Below are positions 1 to 7,730 of a stretch of DNA of 46,148 nt, piece after piece; position 1 is the stretch's first letter, and every line of letters starts with the position of its first letter. The position numbers and the translations under genes were made by a program. Origin of the DNA: Candidatus Magasanikiibacteriota bacterium (GTDB taxonomy: Bacteria > Patescibacteriota > Patescibacteriia > Magasanikbacterales > UBA922). The stretch lies in contig JACRPD010000029.1 in assembly GCA_016214105.1 (NCBI GenBank), forward strand, positions 1 through 46,148, written 5' to 3'. The notes under the pieces are model-generated. The model did not search any database. It was not told where the DNA came from and was given only the letters and a program-made list of their open reading frames with translations.

Positions 1-2
1 AG

Positions 3-188
3 AATGGCCACCAGGAATCTTTCTTTGGCCGGTTCAAACAGGAAATGGAAAACATCCACCGTTTCAATTCCTTGGAAGAATTAATGGAAGGCATTTACCG
101 CCAAATTCACTACTACAACACCAAAAGAATACACAGCCGAATCAACACGACACCCCAGAACTTCTACCTAAAAGTCACATCCAGATAA
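3..188 (+). mobile_element. 3-prime fragment of an IS3-family (rve integrase-core) transposase ORF, truncated by the window edge
   Basis: Frame 3 reads NGHQESFFGRFKQEMENIHRFNSLEELMEGIYRQIHYYNTKRIHSRINTTPQNFYLKVTSR*. This is the typical C-terminal tail of rve-domain transposases (ESFFGxxKxE ... YYNxxRxHS ... P). Stop TAA at 186-188. Confidence 0.6.
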
Positions 189-399
189 CAAAGAACACCT
201 ATCCACAGATGTCTACGAAAAGGGGTACTTGACACACAGCGTTTGACCAGCGCTGTGTCTATTATATGGGGTACACATCAGGCGCCATTTGCATCATTCC
301 ATCAGATTTGATAGACTGACAATACTCAACAAGGTGACGCACGTGTCTCGTTCGATGGTCGTCTACTTGCGCCCGCCAAAGCAGGTTTTGTTTTTTATT

Positions 400-3138
400 A
401 TGTCATTTCTCACCAAAATTTTCGGCGATCCGAATGTGAAAAGTTTGAGTTTATTACAGCCGGTTGTTGATAAAATAAATACTTTGGAGCCGGAGATGGA
501 AAAATTGAGCGACGAAGCGCTGAAGGCGAAGACGGCTGAATTTAAGAGTCGGTTGCAAGCTTCAGAAACTTTGGATAATTTACTTCCCGAGGCTTTTGCG
601 GTTGTTCGGGAAGCGTCAAGACGCGCTACCGGCATGCGTCATTTTGACGTGCAATTAATCGGCGGTATTGCTTTGCATCGCGGGATGATTGCCGAAATGC
701 GTACCGGTGAAGGCAAGACTCTTGTCGCCACTCTGCCGGTTTATTTGAATGCCTTATCCGGCAAGGGAGTGCATGTGGTAACTGTGAATGATTATTTGGC
801 CAAACGCGACGCCGTGTGGATGGGGAAAATTTATGATTTTTTGGGATTGAGTGTCGGTATTATTCAGAATTTGAGAGTGAGCTATAAATACAACGGAACA
901 AGAAACAAGAAACAAGAAACAAACGCAGACGAGAGTTTTAAAGTAGAAGAAGAGTTTTTGGAGGCGTGTTCAAGACAAGAAGCATATCGGTGCGATATAA
1001 CTTACGGGACGAACAACGAGTTCGGTTTTGATTATTTGCGCGATAACATGGTCCAGAGTTTGGAAGAAATGGTAATGCGACCGGGCGATGAAATGAATTA
1101 CGCGATTGTTGACGAAGTTGACTCAATTTTAGTTGACGAAGCGCGCACGCCGTTGATTATTTCCGCGCCCGCGGAAGAAGCGACCCAGCAATATTATCAA
1201 TTTGCCAAATTAGTTAGGCAATTGGTGGAGAACGACCCTTCGAATCCCTCAGGGCTGGGAGATTATAATGTTGATGAAAAAATGCGCAGTTCCACTTTAA
1301 CGGAAGTAGGGATTGCCAAGTTTGAAAAATGGCTGGGCATAGAAAATATTTACGCTGAAGGCGGAATTCGCACCGTGCATCATGTTGAACAAGCTTTGAA
1401 GGCTGAAGTTTTATTCAAACGCGACCGGGATTATATCGTTGATAACGGCGAGGTGATTATTATTGACGAATTTACCGGCCGCAAGATGCCCGGACGGCGT
1501 TATTCCGAGGGTCTGCATCAGGCGATTGAGGCGAAAGAAAATACCAACATTCAGCGCGAGTCGCAGACTTTGGCGACAATCACTTTTCAAAATTTATTTA
1601 GAATGTATCGTAAATTATCCGGCATGACCGGTACCGCGTCAACCGAATCCGAAGAGTTCGCGAAAATTTACAATCTTGAAGTTCTTATCATCCCAACCAA
1701 CAAACCGGATAGACGAAACGATTTTCAAGACAGAATTTATCGAAATGAACAGGGGAAATACAAAGCAATCGCGGAAAGAATCAAAGAATGCCGAACAAAA
1801 GGCCAACCGATTTTAATCGGCACGATTTCAGTTGAAAAAAACGAAGCGTTAAGCGAGTATCTGGCAGCAAACGGAATTAAGCATGAGATTTTAAATGCTA
1901 AAAATCATGAACGAGAGGGTGAAATAATCGCCCAAGCCGGTCGTCCGGGAGCGGTTACTTTGGCAACTAACATGGCCGGCCGCGGCGTTGACATCAAGCT
2001 TGGCGGCGCGCTGGCAGTTGGCGAAGAGCATGAGAAAGTGGTTAAAGCGGGTGGTCTGTTCGTTTTAGGCACGGAACGGCACGAGTCTCGTCGCATTGAC
2101 AATCAGTTGCGCGGACGCGCGGCGCGGCAAGGCGATCCTGGCGAGACGCAGTTTTTCGTTTCCACTGACGATGATTTAATGCGTATTTTTGCCGGCGATC
2201 GCTTAAAATCCATTATGACCCGGTTGAAAGTTCCTGAAGATATGCCGATTGAGCAGAAAATGATTACGAAGATGCTGGAAACCGCGCAGAAAAAAGTTGA
2301 GGGGCATAATTTTGATATTCGCAAACATTTATTGGAATACGATGATGTTTTAAATAAGCATCGCGAAGTGATTTATAAGAAGAGAAGGCAGGCATTGGCG
2401 CCGGAAACTTCATTGAAGGAAATGATTCTGGATTTGATTGAGCAAGAAGTTGAATTTGTGGTATCATTCCATACGAATGTTGAGGATAGAAAAGAATGGA
2501 ATTTACAGGAAGTTTATGAAACCGCGCGCACAATTTTTCCTTTTTCAGAAGCGGAAAAAGAAGAGCTGTTGAAAATGAGCACCAGCGGAGAAACTAAATT
2601 GGAAGATGTTGAGGCGCGGGATGGCATTGTCAAATTTTTGTTAGCAAAAGCAGATCGCGAATATGAGGCGATTACGAAACAGGCGGCAGACGCGGCGGGA
2701 AATGAAGTTGATGGCGCGAAGCTGATGAAGGACTTTGAAAAAAATATTTTATTGCGTTCAATTGACAGTTTGTGGGTTGACCACCTTGTTGCCGTAGATT
2801 ATCTCCGCACCGGCATTGGCTTGCGAGGTTATGGCCAGCGCGATCCGTTGGTTGAATACAAAAAAGAAACTTATTTAATGTTTAATACTTTGTTATCCGG
2901 AATTCAGAAAGAAGTGGTTTACAGTTTTTATAAAATCGGCGCCGGTTTGAGACTTATCTCCGCTCCGCAGTCAGTAATGGCAAATGACAAACTGGTTTTG
3001 AAAGGCGCGCAGAAAGCCGCGGATGATGCCGTGTCAGTTCACAGCAAACCGCGTGATGATTCGGGAAACAAGATTGGGAGGAATGATTTATGTCCGTGCG
3101 GGAGTGGAAAGAAGTATAAGAAGTGCCACGGAGTGTAA
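400..3138 (+). CDS. secA: Preprotein translocase ATPase SecA
   Basis: ORF 289-3138. ATG at 400 gives MSFLTKIFGDPN, the canonical SecA N-terminus. Motifs MRTGEGKTLVATLP, DEVDSILVDEARTPLIIS and TNMAGRGVDIKLGG are present, plus the C-terminal zinc motif CPCGSGKKYKKCHG. Confidence 0.97.
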   Translation: MSFLTKIFGDPNVKSLSLLQPVVDKINTLEPEMEKLSDEALKAKTAEFKSRLQASETLDNLLPEAFAVVREASRRATGMRHFDVQLIGGIALHRGMIAEMRTGEGKTLVATLPVYLNALSGKGVHVVTVNDYLAKRDAVWMGKIYDFLGLSVGIIQNLRVSYKYNGTRNKKQETNADESFKVEEEFLEACSRQEAYRCDITYGTNNEFGFDYLRDNMVQSLEEMVMRPGDEMNYAIVDEVDSILVDEARTPLIISAPAEEATQQYYQFAKLVRQLVENDPSNPSGLGDYNVDEKMRSSTLTEVGIAKFEKWLGIENIYAEGGIRTVHHVEQALKAEVLFKRDRDYIVDNGEVIIIDEFTGRKMPGRRYSEGLHQAIEAKENTNIQRESQTLATITFQNLFRMYRKLSGMTGTASTESEEFAKIYNLEVLIIPTNKPDRRNDFQDRIYRNEQGKYKAIAERIKECRTKGQPILIGTISVEKNEALSEYLAANGIKHEILNAKNHEREGEIIAQAGRPGAVTLATNMAGRGVDIKLGGALAVGEEHEKVVKAGGLFVLGTERHESRRIDNQLRGRAARQGDPGETQFFVSTDDDLMRIFAGDRLKSIMTRLKVPEDMPIEQKMITKMLETAQKKVEGHNFDIRKHLLEYDDVLNKHREVIYKKRRQALAPETSLKEMILDLIEQEVEFVVSFHTNVEDRKEWNLQEVYETARTIFPFSEAEKEELLKMSTSGETKLEDVEARDGIVKFLLAKADREYEAITKQAADAAGNEVDGAKLMKDFEKNILLRSIDSLWVDHLVAVDYLRTGIGLRGYGQRDPLVEYKKETYLMFNTLLSGIQKEVVYSFYKIGAGLRLISAPQSVMANDKLVLKGAQKAADDAVSVHSKPRDDSGNKIGRNDLCPCGSGKKYKKCHGV
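897..922. repeat. Heptanucleotide tandem repeat (AACAAGA) x3.7 inside secA, in frame
   Basis: Direct reading: aacaaga aacaaga aacaaga aacaa. It encodes GTRNKKQETN within a lineage-specific insertion of SecA. Confidence 0.9.
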
Positions 3139-3162
3139 ATATTAAGAAAATATTAACTAAAT

Positions 3163-3495
3163 ATGTTACGGGAATCAGAATTTGTTAAAATCAGAGTAAC
3201 CGTACCCAGCGGCGAGGCGGCGGAAAAAGTCAGGCAAGCTCTTGGCTCTGCCGGAGCCGGCGCGCAAGGGAATTATGAGAATTGTTCGCTTTCTTATCCG
3301 GTAATTGGCCGATTTAAGCCTTTGGCTGGCGCAAATCCGGCGATTGGATCAGTCAGCAAGCAGGAGGAAGTTGAGGAAGAAATGATTGAAATGCTTTGCC
3401 ATAAAGATAAAGTGAAAGAAGTAATTGCCGCCTTAAAAAAAGCGCATCCGTACGAAGAACCGGCGATTGATATAATTCCGAGGTTAGAGATATAA
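3163..3495 (+). CDS. Small protein resembling the PII-like insert domain of NIF3/YbgI/YqfO proteins (stand-alone form)
   Basis: 110 aa. GNYENCSLSYPVIGRFKPLAGANPAIGSVSKQEEVEEEMIEM ... AHPYEEPAIDIIPL matches the conserved pattern of the NIF3 insert domain from memory. No database search was run. Confidence 0.55.
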   Translation: MLRESEFVKIRVTVPSGEAAEKVRQALGSAGAGAQGNYENCSLSYPVIGRFKPLAGANPAIGSVSKQEEVEEEMIEMLCHKDKVKEVIAALKKAHPYEEPAIDIIPRLEI

Positions 3496-3496
3496 A

Positions 3497-3628
3497 GTCA
3501 TTGCGAGGAGGAGCTCGCGCGACGACGAAGCAATCCAGTCGTAAGTGTTTCATGAAAGAGTTGGCGATGGATTGCCGCGTCGCTCGCCTGCCTGTCCGGT
3601 AGGCAGGTTCCTCGTTCCTCGCAATGAC
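3497..3628. repeat. MITE/REP-like composite palindromic element with perfect 13-bp terminal inverted repeats
   Basis: gtcattgcgagga (3497-3509) is the exact reverse complement of tcctcgcaatgac (3616-3628). Inner inverted pair: gcaatccagtcg / cgatggattgc. Nested hairpin cctgcct-gtccggt-aggcagg at 3587-3607. Confidence 0.75.
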
Positions 3629-3633
3629 AGTGC

Positions 3634-3704
3634 GCCCCCTTGGTTCAGTGGTAGAACAGTGGTATCGTAAACCACAAACGTCAGTCCGATTCTGACAGGG
3701 GGCT
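3634..3704 (+). tRNA. tRNA-Thr (anticodon CGU)
   Basis: Manual cloverleaf. Acceptor GCCCCCT/AGGGGGC, D arm GTTC-AGTGGTA-GAAC, anticodon arm GTGGT-ATCGTAA-ACCAC, variable loop AAAC, T arm GTCAG-TCCGATT-CTGAC, discriminator T. CCA is not encoded. The T loop has C at position 55, which is unusual. Confidence 0.8.
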
Positions 3705-3730
3705 CAAAATAAACTACTTTTACAAATATC

Positions 3731-3765
3731 CCTTCTCTGTATGATTATGAGAAGGATTTTTTATT
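3731..3765 (+). terminator. Putative rho-independent terminator after tRNA-Thr
   Basis: Stem ccttctc (3731-3737) / gagaagg (3749-3755), followed by attttttatt. Confidence 0.55.
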
Positions 3766-3822
3766 GGTGTTTATTAGCGGTCGTTAAATTAGTGGGCTGT
3801 TATTCTATATTTTTTTGTTTTG

Positions 3823-3831
3823 TGTTATAAT
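3823..3831 (+). promoter_or_regulatory. Extended -10 promoter element (TGtTATAAT) for ftsE; the mRNA is probably leaderless or nearly so
   Basis: tgt tataat at 3823-3831. The ftsE ATG at 3841 lies only 10 nt after the -10 hexamer and no Shine-Dalgarno sequence intervenes. Confidence 0.45.
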
Positions 3832-3840
3832 ATCCCCATT

Positions 3841-4521
3841 ATGATCAAGCTCGCCAATGTTTCCAAACATTACACCAAAGACAGCATCGGATTGGATGAT
3901 GTGAATTTGGAAATTGAGCCGGGCGAGTTTGTTTCCGTGGTTGGGCAAAGCGGCACCGGCAAGACGACGTTGGTTAAATTGATTATCGCGGAAGAAAAAC
4001 CAACCCGCGGTCAGATTGATGTTTGTGGTTGGGATATTACTAAAATCCATCAGCGCGATATTCCGTTTTTGCGCCGGCAGATCGGCGTGATTTTTCAAGA
4101 TTTTAAATTATTAAAGAAAAAAACCGTTCAAGAAAATGTCGCTTTCGCGTTGGAAGTCGCCGGAGCGCCGCATTCGCGCATTAGAGAAGTGGTTCCGAAA
4201 GTTTTGGATATTGTTGGCTTAAGAAAAAAAGTTGACAGCTACCCGCACCAAATTTCCGGCGGCGAACAACAGCGGGTGGTTATCGCGCGGTCATTGGTGC
4301 ATCGCCCGAAAATTTTGGTAGCTGACGAGCCGACCGGCAATCTTGATTCAATCAACACTGAAGAAATTATTGAAATATTAAAACGAATCAACGAATTCGG
4401 CACCACGATTTTATTAGTCACGCATAACCGCGAAGTGGTCAATCGTCTACGCAAGCGGGTCGTTAGCCTGCATAACGGCCGCATCATCGCGGATGAAAAA
4501 GAAGGAAAGTACCGATTGTAG
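3841..4521 (+). CDS. ftsE: Cell division ATP-binding protein FtsE
   Basis: MIKLANVSKHY..., Walker A GQSGTGKT, ABC signature ISGGEQQR, Walker B ILVADEPTGNLD. Adjacent to ftsX. Confidence 0.93.
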   Translation: MIKLANVSKHYTKDSIGLDDVNLEIEPGEFVSVVGQSGTGKTTLVKLIIAEEKPTRGQIDVCGWDITKIHQRDIPFLRRQIGVIFQDFKLLKKKTVQENVAFALEVAGAPHSRIREVVPKVLDIVGLRKKVDSYPHQISGGEQQRVVIARSLVHRPKILVADEPTGNLDSINTEEIIEILKRINEFGTTILLVTHNREVVNRLRKRVVSLHNGRIIADEKEGKYRL

Positions 4522-4648
4522 CCCACCAATACGACGACCACTAATTGTCACAAATTTGTTAGCGTTCGTCGTTGGTTGGTAGGCATCATTTGACTTTAAT
4601 ATTCATGATAGTTTAAAAATTTAAGAGACTATGATAAATTAGTGGGCT
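4520..4648. repeat. Palindromic intergenic element between ftsE and ftsX, bracketed by inverted copies of the AATTAGTGGGCT motif
   Basis: Left end: agcccac..ccactaatt (4520-4546). Right end: aaattagtgggct (4636-4648). Internal imperfect hairpin: ccaccaatacgacga / tcgtcgttggttggt. The same 13-mer recurs at 3786-3798. Confidence 0.45.
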
Positions 4649-5557
4649 ATGTTATCATTATTTCGTATAATCAAATTTTGTTTTCAAGATATAATGCGGA
4701 ACGTCGGTTTATCGTATCAGACCGTGCTGATTTTGGTTTTACTGCTGTTATCCGTGAATACTCTCGTGGTAATCAACGTTTTTACCAATGAGGCGGTTAG
4801 ATCCATCAAAGACCAGATCGATGTCAGTTTATATTTTAATTATGAAGCTAACGATGAAGAAATCAATGAAGTAAAAAGTTATGTCGGCGGGTTTCCGGAA
4901 GTTACCGAGATTATTTTTTTGAATCGCGACGAAGTTTTGGCAAAATTTAAAGAACAACACAAAGATAATCCGGAGGTATTATCAGCCCTTACTGAATTGG
5001 GCGAAAATCCGCTCGGTCCCACGATGATTGTAAAGACCAGAGAACCGAAAGATTATGAAAAAGTAATTAAAGCTTTGAATGTGCCTGAGTATGAAAATAT
5101 CATTGAGGCAAAAACTTTCGGCGATACCCAGCGCGCGATTGATCGGATACATGTGGTAACCACCCAAGTCGAACGTTTCGCCATCGGCTTAAGTCTGTTG
5201 TTCGCTCTGATTGCGTTTTTAATAATTCTAAACACAATTCGGGTAGCCATTTACACCCAGCGGATAGAAATTAGCATTAAAAAATTGGTAGGCGCGTCAA
5301 ATTGGTTTGTCCGCGGGCCGTATGTTATTGAATCAATCTTTTTTACTATCGCGAGCGTTTTAATCACCGCCGGCTTCCTCTGGGTCGCTTTCCGTCTGCT
5401 TGATCCCTACACCGCGGTTGTATTTAAGAAACAAAATTTATTATTTAATTATTACTTGGAAAACAAATATCTGCTCGCCGGCGCGCAATTTGGTTCAGTG
5501 TTATTTTTAACCGTTGTATCAAGTTTGCTGGCGATGAGGAGGTATTTGAGGGTGTAG
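4649..5557 (+). CDS. ftsX: Cell division permease-like protein FtsX
   Basis: 302 aa. One N-terminal TM helix, a periplasmic alpha/beta domain and three C-terminal TM helices, with the motif KLVGASNWFVRGPY. Immediately downstream of ftsE. Confidence 0.85.
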   Translation: MLSLFRIIKFCFQDIMRNVGLSYQTVLILVLLLLSVNTLVVINVFTNEAVRSIKDQIDVSLYFNYEANDEEINEVKSYVGGFPEVTEIIFLNRDEVLAKFKEQHKDNPEVLSALTELGENPLGPTMIVKTREPKDYEKVIKALNVPEYENIIEAKTFGDTQRAIDRIHVVTTQVERFAIGLSLLFALIAFLIILNTIRVAIYTQRIEISIKKLVGASNWFVRGPYVIESIFFTIASVLITAGFLWVAFRLLDPYTAVVFKKQNLLFNYYLENKYLLAGAQFGSVLFLTVVSSLLAMRRYLRV

Positions 5558-5595
5558 GGGATTGACGAGGAGATAAAATTTATGTTATTATTCCA

Positions 5596-5619
5596 CCAGC
5601 CAAACGGCTGGTTTTATTT
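5596..5619 (+). terminator. Rho-independent terminator after ftsX
   Basis: ccagcc-aaac-ggctgg followed by ttttattt. Confidence 0.65.
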
Positions 5620-5662
5620 CTAAATAATGTCTTTGTTTGGCATTCACCGCGTTTTATGGCTT

Positions 5663-5687
5663 GTCATCCTCGCCGAAGCGGGGATCC
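5663..5687. repeat. REP-like hairpin unit of the GTCATCC family
   Basis: gtcatcctcgccgaagcggggatcc. The GTCATCC(C) head recurs at 43021-43052 and in reverse orientation at 23734-23746 and 30659-30667. Confidence 0.6.
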
Positions 5688-5704
5688 AGAAATCGTTTCT
5701 AAAC

Positions 5705-5775
5705 TCCGGGGTCGGCTAACGGCAGGCCAGAAGCCTTTGAAGCTTTTTATCTTGGTTCGAATCCAAGCCCCGGAA
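5705..5775 (+). tRNA. tRNA-Gln (anticodon UUG)
   Basis: Manual cloverleaf. Acceptor TCCGGGG/CCCCGGA (U1:A72, typical of bacterial tRNA-Gln), D arm GGCT-AACGGCA-GGCC, anticodon arm GAAGC-CTTTGAA-GCTTT, variable loop TTAT, T arm CTTGG-TTCGAAT-CCAAG, discriminator A. Confidence 0.85.
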
Positions 5776-5806
5776 CAACACAAAATATCTCAACCTTCTA
5801 TCACAT

Positions 5807-7306
5807 ATGAACCTCCTCAAATCACTCCTCCAATCGTTCAAAAAAGCTATTGCCGCCAATGAAGATGTGCAAGGATTGATTAAAAAATATCCTCGGCTGG
5901 CGAGTTTTTTTAAACAGCGGACGGATCGGACGAAATTTATCGGTCTGCCGGTCAGTATTTTCGCGATCGCGTTTTTGTACGTTTTGTTTCTTTTTCTCGG
6001 CGCGATTCAAGATTTTGTCGCTTCGGATATTATCGTTAACGCTGATACGCGGGTTAACGCTCTGCTTTATTTTTTTCGCAACGCAACAGCAGTGAAAATG
6101 TTTCTTTGGGTTACTTTGTTGGGAAAAAGTTCCACCATCATTGTGTTCACGTTTAGCGCTTCTCTCTTGCTTTGGTTTTGGAATAAAAGATGGCAAATTG
6201 CCACTCTTTGGTCTTCGGTTATCGGTAGCGCCGCTTTTGTTTTTATTAGCAAGATTTTTTTTGACCGGCCTCGGCCGATTAACGCGGTTTATTTGGAAAA
6301 TTCCGCGTCATTTCCCAGCGGACATTCGACCTTGGCCATCGCTTTTTATGGATTCATCGCTTATTTATTGATACGCAAAACAAAGAGTTTGGTCTTCCGC
6401 GCCATTATTGTTTTAATTGAAATTCTGTTAGCGCTGGCAATCGGTTTTAGCCGACTTTATTTAGGAGTGCATTATGTAAGCGATGTTTGGGCAGGTTTTT
6501 TGTTAGGATTGCTGTGGTTGATTATTGCTATTAGCATTTCTGAATGGAGTCTTTTTAAAACACAGGGTGTTGTAAATCAAAACAAACCCGCTAATAAATA
6601 TAAAGGAGTGATAGCTGTTGGTTTAATTGGCTTCGGACTTATTTTTTATGTTGTTTCCGGCATATTTTATCACCCAAAACTTACGTTTCAAACACAGGCT
6701 GGCGTTCAAACAACAATATCAACCGCTGCGAATGTTTTTTCTGAATCCGGTTTTTCTCCTTATACGGAAACACTGACCGGCGAAAGTCAAGAGCCAATAA
6801 GTTTTATCGCTGTTGCAAAAGATGACAACGCTTTGATAGCCGAGTTTAAAAAAGCCGGCTGGCTTTTAGCTGATCCGGTAAATTTTGATTCGGTTTTAGC
6901 ATTGGCGAAATCAGCGATTTTAAACAAAGAATATGACGCCGCGCCGATGACGCCGTCGTTTTGGAATAAACAAGTGCATAATTTTGGTTTTGAAAAATCA
7001 ACCGAAACCAAGAGCGTGAGGCAGCGCCACCACGCGCGATTTTGGAAAACCAATCTCAAACTCGCGACCGGAGAAAATATTTATTTAGGCACGGCGAGCT
7101 TGGATATTGGCGTTAAATGGTTTATCACGCACAAAATAAGCCCGGATATTGATACTGAAAGAGATTTGCTGTTTGCGGATTTACAAAAAACCGGAGTGGT
7201 TAAAAGTTTTGAAAAAATTAAATCAGTCAGTCCCGTGTTGGGGAAAAACTTTAGTGGCGATCAATTCTTCACTGATGGCGAAGCGTATTTACTGTTTTTT
7301 TATTGA
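5807..7306 (+). CDS. Membrane PAP2-family phosphatase fused to an LssY-like C-terminal domain
   Basis: PAP2 motifs KIFFDRPRP, PSGHS and SRLYLGVHYVSD within a multi-TM N-terminal half. The soluble C-terminal half (RHHARFWKT...) resembles LssY_C from memory. Ends with TGA. Confidence 0.8.
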   Translation: MNLLKSLLQSFKKAIAANEDVQGLIKKYPRLASFFKQRTDRTKFIGLPVSIFAIAFLYVLFLFLGAIQDFVASDIIVNADTRVNALLYFFRNATAVKMFLWVTLLGKSSTIIVFTFSASLLLWFWNKRWQIATLWSSVIGSAAFVFISKIFFDRPRPINAVYLENSASFPSGHSTLAIAFYGFIAYLLIRKTKSLVFRAIIVLIEILLALAIGFSRLYLGVHYVSDVWAGFLLGLLWLIIAISISEWSLFKTQGVVNQNKPANKYKGVIAVGLIGFGLIFYVVSGIFYHPKLTFQTQAGVQTTISTAANVFSESGFSPYTETLTGESQEPISFIAVAKDDNALIAEFKKAGWLLADPVNFDSVLALAKSAILNKEYDAAPMTPSFWNKQVHNFGFEKSTETKSVRQRHHARFWKTNLKLATGENIYLGTASLDIGVKWFITHKISPDIDTERDLLFADLQKTGVVKSFEKIKSVSPVLGKNFSGDQFFTDGEAYLLFFY

Positions 7307-7367
7307 CAAGTTCAGTACGAAGTGTTTTAATACAGACTCAAAATATGGTGAAAGGAGGAAAAACGCC

Positions 7368-7577
7368 ATGGAAGGAAGCAGACGCGTATTTAGTGGCCGG
7401 AATCAGGCTGATGTGGATGCAAAGCTCAAGGAATACTTGATGCGCGTCCACGGCGCGGTAGCTGTCCTTGGGATGGAATACAGAGAATCGGGCGATGAGT
7501 CCGAACCATGGCAGCTGATTTTCAGCTTCCACATCACCTCTGTTGACGATCCATGCACAACTACAGTGCGCCAATAG
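7368..7577 (+). CDS. Hypothetical 69-aa protein in a GC-rich islet
   Basis: Strong RBS aaaggagg 7 nt before the ATG at 7368. Possible promoter ttgaca (7303-7308) - 17 nt - tttaat. I recognise no family. Confidence 0.45.
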   Translation: MEGSRRVFSGRNQADVDAKLKEYLMRVHGAVAVLGMEYRESGDESEPWQLIFSFHITSVDDPCTTTVRQ

Positions 7578-7730
7578 AAAGGAGGCTGTATGCAGCCCGG
7601 AACGTAAGGTGGCGCGACGCGAACCTCGCTCGCCCACCTGCTATGGAGTTGATTTTCGACTTAATAGCAGGGAGGAACGCGAGTGAGGTTCAAATCGCGC
7701 GAAATATTTAATCGCTAAAAAGCGTTTTTT

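Noticed and set aside
5656-5862. 68-aa ORF from the ORF track
   Set aside because: It overlaps the REP unit and the entire tRNA-Gln gene (5705-5775), so it is spurious.
7149-7367. Upstream part of the 142-aa ORF 7149-7577
   Set aside because: This part overlaps the 3-prime end of the PAP2/LssY gene in another frame. Only the portion from the SD-led ATG at 7368 is plausible.
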